This document shows, in pieces, positions 14,060-22,599 of a DNA stretch of 32,000 bases. Made by a program: the position numbers and the translations under genes. This DNA comes from Candidatus Saccharimonas aalborgensis (GTDB taxonomy: Bacteria > Patescibacteriota > Saccharimonadia > Saccharimonadales > Saccharimonadaceae). The notes under the pieces are model-generated. The model searched no databases and had not been told where the DNA came from. It saw only the letters and a program-made list of their open reading frames with translations. The DNA is taken from NCBI RefSeq assembly GCF_000392435.1, contig NC_021219.1:870001-902000 (forward strand). The letters run 5' to 3'. Positions within the stretch are counted from its first letter, which is position 1, and every line of letters starts with the position of its first letter.

Positions 14060-14443
14060 GTGAACACGAGACTCTCGCGTCGCAAGCTTGCGCTCTATGT
14101 CGCTGATGGCATTGCTGTCGATGGAGAGCTCAGTCGGCGTATCGAGGAAGTAGCGGCGTATTTGATTGACAGTAAACGTCTCAGAGAGGCAGAGCTTGTC
14201 GTCCGGGCTATCGAGGACGCGCTTGTTGAGGCTGGCACAGTAGTCACTACAGTTACCACCTCTGGACCGCTGATCGAAGATATGACAGACGCGATCAAGA
14301 AGCTGACGGGGGCTCACACTGTTGCTATCCGCGAGAGAGTTGATCCTCAGCTGTTGGGCGGCGTCATCATAGAGACACCCGGACAGATGTTGGACGCAAG
14401 TGTTCGAAGTAAACTAATGGCCCTTCGTCGGGCAAAATTGTAA
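14060..14443 (+). CDS. atpH: F1 ATP synthase subunit delta (short form)
   Basis: GTG start 8 nt after AGAGGTG. C-terminal ...[26 protein letters not shown] matches the OSCP/delta C-terminal motif (GG-x-x-x-x-G-x-x-x-x-D-x-S). Operon position fits. Confidence 0.8.
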   Translation: MNTRLSRRKLALYVADGIAVDGELSRRIEEVAAYLIDSKRLREAELVVRAIEDALVEAGTVVTTVTTSGPLIEDMTDAIKKLTGAHTVAIRERVDPQLLGGVIIETPGQMLDASVRSKLMALRRAKL

Positions 14444-14466
14444 AAACGAGTGAAAGGAATCATTTG

Positions 14467-16005
14467 ATGGCTGATCTAGCAGTGACAGAATTATCAAAAA
14501 CCCTTCGCGACGCGATTGCAAAGCTGGAAACGAGCGATAGGCTCGAGACAGTTGGTATCGTGACTCGCGTCGGCGACGGAGTGGCTTGGGTGCACGGGTT
14601 GGCGGATGCCGGCTATAGTGAAGTGCTCCAGATCGAAACTGCGCACAGCGGTGTCGTAGAGGCGTTTGCGCTTAATCTCATGGAAGATGAAATCGGTGCG
14701 GTGCTTTTGGGAAGTGACCAGGGTGTTGCCGCAGGTGATCGAGTAACACTCAAGGGTGAAATTTTGTCAGTTCCGGTCGGTACTGAGCTGCTTGGCCGCG
14801 TTGTCAACCCTCTGGGTGAAGCACTTGATGGTGGACCGGCGATTAAATCAACCGAACGATTGCCAGTTGAGCGTGAAGCAGTCGGCGTCATGGGCCGTAA
14901 GCACGTGCATGAGCCGCTGATGACGGGTATCATGGCTATTGATGCCATGTTTCCTATCGGACGGGGCCAGCGCGAGCTGATTATTGGAGATCGTCAGACT
15001 GGCAAGACTGCTATTGCTGTTGACACGATGATCAACCAAGCGAAGCAACAGAGTGGCGTGGTGAACGTCTACGTTGCTGTCGGTCAAAAACTGAGTAAGG
15101 TTGCTCGTCTTGTCGAGACCCTGAAACGCGAGGGGGTCATGGACCAAACGATTGTGGTGGCAACTGGTCCGAGTGATCCAGCAAGCCTCCTCTATCTCGC
15201 TCCATATGCGGGTACCGCGATGGGCGAATATTTCCGCGACAAGGGTGAACATGCGCTCATGATCTACGATGACCTCACAAAGCACGCAGTCGCGTACCGT
15301 CAGATGTCACTCCTCCTTCGCCGTCCACCGGGACGTGAAGCCTTTCCGGGTGATGTATTTTATCTTCACTCACGACTTCTCGAGCGTTCAAGCAAGCTCA
15401 GTGATGAGCTTGGCGCCGGCTCGCTCACTGCCCTGCCGATCATTGAGACACAGGCGGGAGACATCTCGGCCTATATCCCCACAAACGTGATTTCAATCAC
15501 CGATGGTCAGATTTTTATGGAGACCGACCTCTTTTATCAGGGTATTCGTCCTGCTATCTCGGCTGGACTCTCAGTGAGTCGTGTTGGTGGTGACGCCCAG
15601 ACAAAGGCCGTCAAGAGTGTTTCGGGTCACCTCAAGCTTGGCCTCAGCCAGTTCCGAGAGCTTGCCAGTTTCGCACAGTTTGGGAGCGACCTCGACGAGG
15701 CTACCAAAGCGCAGATTGAGCGTGGTCAACGGTTGACCGAACTCCTGAAGCAGCCACAATATCAGCCGATGAGCGTGTGGGAACAGTGTGCCAGTATCTT
15801 TACCGTGAGTGAAGGTCTGTTTGACCACGTACCGGCAAATAAAGTGAAGGATGCACAAAAAGCCCTCCTCACCCGTCTCTGGACAGATGAGAAGAAAGTC
15901 ATGCAGGAGCTCAATAAAGGCACCGACAAACTCGAAGCAGATAGCTCAACGGGCAAAGCAATTGCAAAGCTAGCAAAATTAGTTGCGAAAGGGTTTGAGG
16001 GCTAA
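14467..16005 (+). CDS. atpA: F1 ATP synthase subunit alpha
   Basis: [11 protein letters not shown] (P-loop), [12 protein letters not shown] and [23 protein letters not shown] at 14467; the track start at 14464 is a TTG one codon upstream. Confidence 0.95.
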   Translation: MADLAVTELSKTLRDAIAKLETSDRLETVGIVTRVGDGVAWVHGLADAGYSEVLQIETAHSGVVEAFALNLMEDEIGAVLLGSDQGVAAGDRVTLKGEILSVPVGTELLGRVVNPLGEALDGGPAIKSTERLPVEREAVGVMGRKHVHEPLMTGIMAIDAMFPIGRGQRELIIGDRQTGKTAIAVDTMINQAKQQSGVVNVYVAVGQKLSKVARLVETLKREGVMDQTIVVATGPSDPASLLYLAPYAGTAMGEYFRDKGEHALMIYDDLTKHAVAYRQMSLLLRRPPGREAFPGDVFYLHSRLLERSSKLSDELGAGSLTALPIIETQAGDISAYIPTNVISITDGQIFMETDLFYQGIRPAISAGLSVSRVGGDAQTKAVKSVSGHLKLGLSQFRELASFAQFGSDLDEATKAQIERGQRLTELLKQPQYQPMSVWEQCASIFTVSEGLFDHVPANKVKDAQKALLTRLWTDEKKVMQELNKGTDKLEADSSTGKAIAKLAKLVAKGFEG

Positions 16006-16007
16006 TA

Positions 16008-16379
16008 ATGACACGTCGCGCTCGCGTCGAATTGGGTTACCGGACAGATTGTGACCTACTATCTAGGCCCGTTGTTCAGGAACAGCTACCATTTGACGTT
16101 ACTGCTGATATAAGACCTGCTCCTGAAGATGACGGTGAATCTTTCGCTTATGATATAAGGCAAATGATTGCCGAAACAGAAGCTCAATTAGCACGAGCAG
16201 AGGTTGATGGGAGAATCGACCGTGCGTGGCGAGGACTTTCGCGGGTTGCTCAATTAAGAATACTGCTCGATGCCGGTATTGATCCCTTTGCAAAATCACC
16301 ACCCCTAAGGATGAGTAGTGATACGGAAGAGGAAGCGCGGTATACACGAGCGCTTCTAGACGAGGCTCGTAATGGCTAG
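16008..16379 (+). CDS. Unknown 123-aa ORF between atpA and atpG
   Basis: It starts 2 nt after the atpA stop and overlaps the atpG start by 8 nt. It uses noticeably more A/T-ending and rare codons (ATA, AGA, AGG, CTA, TTA) than the flanking atp genes. No family was recognised. Confidence 0.45.
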   Translation: MTRRARVELGYRTDCDLLSRPVVQEQLPFDVTADIRPAPEDDGESFAYDIRQMIAETEAQLARAEVDGRIDRAWRGLSRVAQLRILLDAGIDPFAKSPPLRMSSDTEEEARYTRALLDEARNG

Positions 16380-17237
16380 TACGCAGCAACTCAAATCTCG
16401 TATCCGCTCGGTGAAGTCCACCAAGCAGATTACTAAGGCGATGCAGATGGTAGCTGCCAGCAAGATGCGGCGTGCGCAAGATGCGACCAAGGGCTCGGCG
16501 CCATACGAGCGGGCTGCCAACGAACTACTCACCTATCTCGCTAGTCAGGGAGTGACTGATCAGCACAAATGGTTCGTCAAGCGACCAGTCAAAAATCGTC
16601 TACTCATTGTTATCGCAAGTGACAAAGGTCTCGCTGGGGCATATAACTCAAATATCCTTCGATTGTACCTCGCTCAGCTCAAGGCCGATGACGCTTCTGG
16701 TGTTAAAAATCTCACCATTGCGGTCGGTCGCAAGGCCTCGCAATTTGTCACCCGTCTCAAAGATACAGAGGTCATCGGTACTTACGAGGATTTGCCAGAT
16801 CACCCCGAGGGCGCGCAGTTTCACGCTATCCTCAATACCGCCAAAGACGCATTTGAGAGTGGTAGGGTTGATGCTGTTGACGTACTGTACACAGAGTTTA
16901 TCAGTAGTATCAATCAGACAGCGGCGGTTACTCGTCTTTTCCCGGCCGGATTTATCGAGACAGAGGTAAGTGATGCGGTACGGGAGGCTATCTATGAGCC
17001 AAGTATTGAACGAGTGTTGGACGATGCTGCCTATCGGTTGATCGGCTCTCGCTTGTTTCAGGCGTTGCTCGATGCCCGGGCCAGCGAGCACAGTATGCGT
17101 ATGCTCGCGATGAAAAATGCTACCGACAATGCTACTGATCTCGTCGATGATCTAACGCTTGAGATGAACAAGGCTCGTCAGAGCGCGATCACTCAGGAGC
17201 TTGCCGAAATTAGCGGTGGTGCGGAGGCAATGAAATA

Positions 17238-17238
<1 letters not shown>
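16372..17238 (+). CDS. atpG: F1 ATP synthase subunit gamma
   Basis: MASTQQLKSRIRSVKSTKQITKAMQMVAASKMRRAQ at the N-terminus and ...ARQSAITQELAEISGGAEA at the C-terminus. Confidence 0.92.
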
Positions 17239-18903
<1,665 letters not shown>

Positions 18904-18914
18904 AAGCTGTCTAA

Positions 18915-19030
18915 GCCCCAAGACCCTCCTCCGACAGACAGTTGGCCCTGATGGGCCAAGGCCCGCCAAGAGCGAAGGCTGATTCAGTTAGCGGCGGGCC
19001 GGTTGTCTGGAGTGGGGAGGGTGTTGGGGC
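18915..19030 (-). repeat. Structured palindromic intergenic repeat, copy 2 (inverted orientation)
   Basis: The reverse complement matches copies 1 and 3 through the core. The terminal arms are changed on both sides to GCCCCAAGACCCTCC / GGAGGGTGTTGGGGC, which are still complementary apart from one mismatch. It starts 12 nt after the atpD stop. Confidence 0.85.
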
Positions 19031-19046
19031 TTCAGATGAAAGTTCT

Positions 19047-19075
19047 TTGACTTTATACAACAATAGTGATATAAT
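19047..19075 (+). promoter_or_regulatory. Consensus-type promoter TTGACT-17-TATAAT
   Basis: -35 at 19047-19052, exact 17-nt spacer, -10 at 19070-19075. Confidence 0.5.
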
Positions 19076-19139
19076 ATAAGAGACGGCCTGTTTAATCGAA
19101 CGAGCCGACCAACAAGCCTCATGTAAGGAGGTGGTTCGC

Positions 19140-19466
19140 GTGCTCAACCACTGGTTGGCGCGTGTGCTCCCAGGAGGGCGCGAGCCCGGAGATCCCTGGT
19201 GGGTCTTCCGGGACGCAGACGGTCAGGACAACGACTGGTGGCCCCAGTTGGTGTCGCTGGGGTGCTACCCCCTGGTCTTCTTCGTTCTCTTCGGGTGGTG
19301 GGGGGTGCTGCTCGGCCTGGTGGCCGCAGTCGGCACGCTCCTCTACTGGGGAGCACTTCTGAGCGTCGCGGTGCTGGTGATCTACGTCCTGCTGTCCCTG
19401 TTTCTGGGGTGGCTGTGGGCACTGGTCATCGTCGCACTGCTCGTTTGGTGGTTCATCTACCGCTAG
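19140..19466 (+). CDS. Trp-rich multi-TM membrane protein, 108 aa, GC-rich segment 6
   Basis: GTG at 19140 lies 8 nt after AAGGAGG. Product is VLNHWLARVLPGGREPGDPWWVFRDADGQDNDWWPQLVSLGCYPLVFFVLFGWWGVLLGLVAAVGTLLYWGALLSVAVLVIYVLLSLFLGWLWALVIVALLVWWFIYR. Other long ORFs here (19119..19526-, 19144..19422- and others) are alternative frames of GC-rich DNA. Confidence 0.55.
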   Translation: MLNHWLARVLPGGREPGDPWWVFRDADGQDNDWWPQLVSLGCYPLVFFVLFGWWGVLLGLVAAVGTLLYWGALLSVAVLVIYVLLSLFLGWLWALVIVALLVWWFIYR

Positions 19467-19496
19467 ACGAGCAGTGTCGCTGTGTACGCTCACTAG

Positions 19497-19533
19497 GGTG
19501 AGAGTGGCAGCCGATCCCGGCTCCACTCTCGCC
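19497..19533 (+). terminator. GC-rich hairpin after the membrane ORF
   Basis: GGTGAGAGTGG (19497-19507) pairs with CCACTCTCGCC (19523-19533): 11 bp including one G-T pair. Confidence 0.45.
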
Positions 19534-19560
19534 CGCGCAGTACAAGATTTCCTCTTAGCA

Positions 19561-19584
19561 CTCTCGCATCGGGCGAGAGTTTTT
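19561..19584 (+). terminator. Intrinsic terminator directly upstream of atpC
   Basis: CTCTCGC-ATCGG-GCGAGAG followed by TTTTT. Confidence 0.55.
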
Positions 19585-19592
19585 GGTATGAT
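19584..19592 (+). promoter_or_regulatory. Extended -10 TGGTATGAT placed 9 nt before the atpC ATG
   Basis: Read directly. It overlaps the end of the terminator's T-run. Confidence 0.4.
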
Positions 19593-19601
19593 AGAACTAG
19601 T

Positions 19602-20027
19602 ATGGATTTTGAACTAATTACCCTCGGTGGCAGTAAAGTCAACGAGCAAGTGTACGAGGTGATTTTGCCAACGGCAGACGGAGAGATCGCGGTATTCCCT
19701 CACCATGAACCGCTGGTCAGTGTTGCATCGCCAGGTGTGATCGCGGTGCGCCGCGACAAACAGCATAGCGATGACCGCATGGAGTTTTTTGCGGTCAGTG
19801 GCGGCATCATCGAGATCGGCAATAATCGTGTTCGCGTGTTGGTTGATGAAGCTGAGCACGGCGACGATATTGTCGAGGCAGAGACACAGGCCGCACTTGA
19901 CCGAGCGCTTAAGATGCGCGATAGTGCAACAGACCAAGTTGAACTCGAAAAAGCCCATCAGTTGGTTGATCGCCACGCTGTTCGCCTCAAGGTAGCTGAT
20001 CTCCATCGGCGCCGGCGAAAGTTATAG
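19602..20027 (+). CDS. atpC: F1 ATP synthase subunit epsilon
   Basis: 141 aa. The N-terminal beta-sandwich pattern (VILPTADGEIAVFPHHEPLVSVASPGVIAV) plus a C-terminal helical hairpin fit epsilon. It is the last gene of the operon. Confidence 0.88.
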   Translation: MDFELITLGGSKVNEQVYEVILPTADGEIAVFPHHEPLVSVASPGVIAVRRDKQHSDDRMEFFAVSGGIIEIGNNRVRVLVDEAEHGDDIVEAETQAALDRALKMRDSATDQVELEKAHQLVDRHAVRLKVADLHRRRRKL

Positions 20028-20049
20028 GAAAGAAAGAACGGGTGGGACG

Positions 20050-20928
20050 ATGCCTCGGACAGTACATCTCGGGAGATTGAGTGAACGGACTTGGCCAGGG
20101 AGTGTGTCGGCTGACGATGTGTATGTCGATATTGCCACCATTGCGTCATCGCTTGATGAGTATTATGTACCAGTAAATCCAAAGGCAAAGACTCGCTGTA
20201 TCGATGGTCGGCACGATCCGGCGCTCGATGAAGGAATGCTTGGGCCGCAGGTGCCCGGCGGTGCGATCGGAGGAGCTCTTGCCTATCGGCTGGGAGTTGA
20301 TAAGGATGACCTGACACGAGGAACGTTTTATACAGATACCGAGACGATGATCGACTCGTATCTACGACTTGGTCTGGCACCAGGCGGGCACCGTGATAAT
20401 CGTGAGCATGAGCACGGTGTTGGCTGTGGTGCGATTGACGGCATGGATGCAATTCTCGACTGTCTCTTGGACTCGGGCTTGATCGAGGACAACAAACGCT
20501 TAGTCAGAGCGATTCTCGATACGCGCTTTGATCGGGATCGTTACTTGCGGGTGCTTGGTGCGGGCACGGTGCTCGAGAGCCACGCTGATCAATATTTTGC
20601 TGGGCGGGATGAGATATTTACGGTGCTGGAGAAGAAATCTCCCGGTAGTGTGTCAGTGCTCGAGGGGCACCACAATGAAAAATTACTTATCGTTAATTTT
20701 GTCCCAAGCACAACACTTGCATCAAATCGATTTGCGCGAGATCACGGCGGGTTGCAAGCATTCGGTTATGATATATGGCGAAGTAAACAGTTGGCGCGTA
20801 TGCTGTTGCCGCTTGACTCCCAAGATGAGGACCGTGATCGCTTCATTATGGCGCGAGTTATGGTTACGATTGCAACGCTAATGGCGCTTACTGATGGATC
20901 ACAGCAGGTGTTGTTTCGATTGCCTTAA
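20050..20928 (+). CDS. Hypothetical protein, 292 aa, with C-I-D-G-R and H-G-V-G-C-G motifs
   Basis: The ORF has backbone-like composition. Its motifs are reminiscent of beta-carbonic-anhydrase-type metal sites but do not match exactly (see findings). Confidence 0.55.
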   Translation: MPRTVHLGRLSERTWPGSVSADDVYVDIATIASSLDEYYVPVNPKAKTRCIDGRHDPALDEGMLGPQVPGGAIGGALAYRLGVDKDDLTRGTFYTDTETMIDSYLRLGLAPGGHRDNREHEHGVGCGAIDGMDAILDCLLDSGLIEDNKRLVRAILDTRFDRDRYLRVLGAGTVLESHADQYFAGRDEIFTVLEKKSPGSVSVLEGHHNEKLLIVNFVPSTTLASNRFARDHGGLQAFGYDIWRSKQLARMLLPLDSQDEDRDRFIMARVMVTIATLMALTDGSQQVLFRLP

Positions 20929-20959
20929 CAAATGTCGAGCCCCGGACGTTAACCCGACT

Positions 20960-21067
20960 CTCACCCCCTCCCCACTCCAGACAACCGGCCCGCCGCAAAC
21001 TGACTAGCCTTCGCCTTGGCGGGCCTTGGCCCATCAGGGCCAACTGTCTGTCGGAGGAGGGGGTGAG
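20960..21067 (+). repeat. Structured palindromic intergenic repeat, copy 3
   Basis: Arms and stems are the same as copy 1. Differences are confined to the central loop and to one base in the inner hairpin loop (ATCA versus ATAA). It lies between convergent genes (stops at 20928 and 21075). Confidence 0.85.
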
Positions 21068-21074
21068 ATTCAAG

Positions 21075-22094
21075 TTAACATACTTGCCTATCGAGAATAC
21101 TTCTGACCTCTTCAGTTGTCGTGCAATTCATCAATTCTACCCGCAAGTCGCTCGCGCCGTCGAAGTCACGGATGTAGATTTTGAAAAAGCGCTTTAGCGT
21201 TTCGAAGGGTCGGCTAGTCTGTTGGTAGTAGCGGTCGTATTCATCGAGATGAAATCGCAGTAATTCGATAAGTTTATCATGTTGATCACCGCTCGCGTCG
21301 TCGCCTGCGCGCTGCTTGGCAGCTGGTTCTTGACGGTCGAATTCTTGCTTGCTTGGTTTGTCGGTACGGTCACTAAACGCATAGGGATTGGTAAAAATAC
21401 CTCGGCCGATCATGATACCGTCGATGCCATACGTATCATAAAATTCAATACCGTGAACACGATCACGCACATCGCCGTTGATCACAAGAAGTGTATCGGG
21501 TGCTAGTTCATCACGCAGTTTCTTTATCTCTGGGATTAGCTCGAAGTGCGCGGGAACCTTGCTCATCTCTTTTTTTGTGCGCAGGTGGACGGTCAGTACG
21601 GCGATGTCTTGTCTTAGTAAGCCCCCCAGCCATTCGCGCCACTCGTCGACATTACTATAGCCGAGGCGCGTTTTCACACTGACTGGTAGGCCTCCAGACT
21701 TTGCTGCCTTGATGATCGCCCAGGCTTTTTCTGGGGTGCGAATCATCCCGGCACCACCACCGGCTTTGACGGCGGACTGGTCGGGGCATCCCATATTGAT
21801 ATCAATCCCATCGTATCCGAGCTGACGGCAGTACCCACTCATAGCCGCCATGGCTTCGGGATCACTCCCCCATAGTTGAGCAACAATCGGCGATTCGTCG
21901 TCAGTCTTGATTAGTCGACCGCCGATGGCTTTGTCGCCTGCTCGGTACCACCCCATCGCGTTAGTAAACTCAGTAAAAAACACGTCTGGCTGACCCGCAC
22001 GCGTGATAACATGGCGAAATACGACATCTGTCACCGCCTCCATAGGAGCGAGGATGAAAAAAGGTCGAGGAAGGGTGTGCCAAAATGTCGACAT
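21075..22094 (-). CDS. tRNA-dihydrouridine synthase
   Basis: 339 aa. FILAPMEAVTDVVFRHV, DINMGCP, VSVKTRLG and LTVHLRT are Dus-family TIM-barrel motifs. GCTATAAT lies 7 nt before the ATG. Confidence 0.85.
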   Translation of the reverse strand: MSTFWHTLPRPFFILAPMEAVTDVVFRHVITRAGQPDVFFTEFTNAMGWYRAGDKAIGGRLIKTDDESPIVAQLWGSDPEAMAAMSGYCRQLGYDGIDINMGCPDQSAVKAGGGAGMIRTPEKAWAIIKAAKSGGLPVSVKTRLGYSNVDEWREWLGGLLRQDIAVLTVHLRTKKEMSKVPAHFELIPEIKKLRDELAPDTLLVINGDVRDRVHGIEFYDTYGIDGIMIGRGIFTNPYAFSDRTDKPSKQEFDRQEPAAKQRAGDDASGDQHDKLIELLRFHLDEYDRYYQQTSRPFETLKRFFKIYIRDFDGASDLRVELMNCTTTEEVRSILDRQVC

Positions 22095-22123
22095 GATAGT
22101 TATTATAGCGAATAATGAAGAGC

Positions 22124-22188
22124 GGGTTCACCGCCAGGGACTTGTGTGTCCCGGCGGTGAACCCGTAGTAGTACCCCCTAGGGGGTAC
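22124..22188 (-). terminator. Two strong GC-rich hairpins immediately 3' of the tRNA
   Basis: GGGTTCACCGCCAGGGAC (22124-22141) pairs with GTCCCGGCGGTGAACCC (22148-22164) with one bulged A. This is followed by the perfect 18-nt palindrome GTACCCCCTAGGGGGTAC (22171-22188). Confidence 0.45.
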
Positions 22189-22284
22189 TGGAGCCCCATA
22201 CAGGAATCGAACCTGTGCGTGTGCCGGTGTTGCTGGCATTCCACGACTTGGCAAGCCGCAGCTCTACCACTGAGCTAATGAGGC
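22189..22284 (-). tRNA. tRNA-Gly(GCC)-like gene with encoded CCA and an abnormal 26-nt variable region
   Basis: Hand-folded reverse complement. Acceptor GCCTCAT / ATGGGGC (one G-U pair) and D arm GCTC-AGTGGTA-GAGC. Anticodon arm GCGGC-TTGCCAA-GTCGT (two G-U pairs, anticodon GCC). Variable region GGAATGCCAGCAACACCGGCACACGC (can form TGCCAG/CCGGCA). T arm ACAGG-TTCGATT-CCTGT, discriminator T, then CCA. Confidence 0.7.
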
Positions 22285-22288
22285 CGGT

Positions 22289-22319
22289 CGGGCCGACAAC
22301 TTGTACAGCCGTCGGCCCG
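22289..22319 (-). terminator. GC-rich hairpin between the Cys-rich ORF and the tRNA
   Basis: CGGGCCGAC (22289-22297) pairs with GTCGGCCCG (22311-22319), a 9-bp perfect stem. Confidence 0.4.
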
Positions 22320-22376
22320 CTGTCCTACCCTATCATGCTGTTGAGACGATCGCAAGCATGAGCAAGTAGGAGGTGG

Positions 22377-22523
22377 TCAGATGTCAATCATGCCCTGACG
22401 AGTGGGCGGCTGCTTGCAACGGGAACAGATGACCCCGTTCTTGTCGCAGCCGCTACAGCCCTTACTGTCACACGGCTTGTGCGGCCAGTGCGGGTAGGCG
22501 TGCGGACACGGGACTCGTGGCAT
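22377..22523 (-). CDS. Cys-rich 48-aa protein (two CxxC pairs, zinc-ribbon-like), GC-rich segment 7
   Basis: Not in the ORF track (<60 aa). Hand translation gives MPRVPCPHAYPHWPHKPCDSKGCSGCDKNGVICSRCKQPPTRQGMIDI. The ATG lies 6 nt after GGGAGGTG. Confidence 0.45.
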   Translation of the reverse strand: MPRVPCPHAYPHWPHKPCDSKGCSGCDKNGVICSRCKQPPTRQGMIDI

Positions 22524-22570
22524 AGTTCACCTCCCTATGGGTGTCGAGAGCCTTGAGTATGACCGATGTT

Positions 22571-22599
22571 ATTCTACTATTTTTTTGCGAAATTGTCAA
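22571..22599 (-). promoter_or_regulatory. Promoter TTGACA-17-TAGAAT overlapping the last codons of the helicase gene
   Basis: Minus strand: -35 is rc of 22594-22599 (inside codons L-I-D-N-F), 17-nt spacer, -10 is rc of 22571-22576. Confidence 0.4.

Noticed and set aside
19119-19526. Minus-strand ORFs 19119..19526 and 19144..19422, and plus-strand ORFs 19162..19362 and 19199..19501
   Set aside because: These are alternative frames of the GC-rich segment. Only the plus frame from GTG 19140 has an AAGGAGG SD at correct spacing and yields coherent TM helices.
22365-22398. Plus-strand mini-ORF ATGTCAATCATGCCCTGA preceded by GGAGGTG
   Set aside because: It encodes only 5 codons and lies antisense to the 3' end of the Cys-rich ORF. 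The SD-like sequence is probably fortuitous. It cannot be excluded as a leader peptide, but there is no supporting context.
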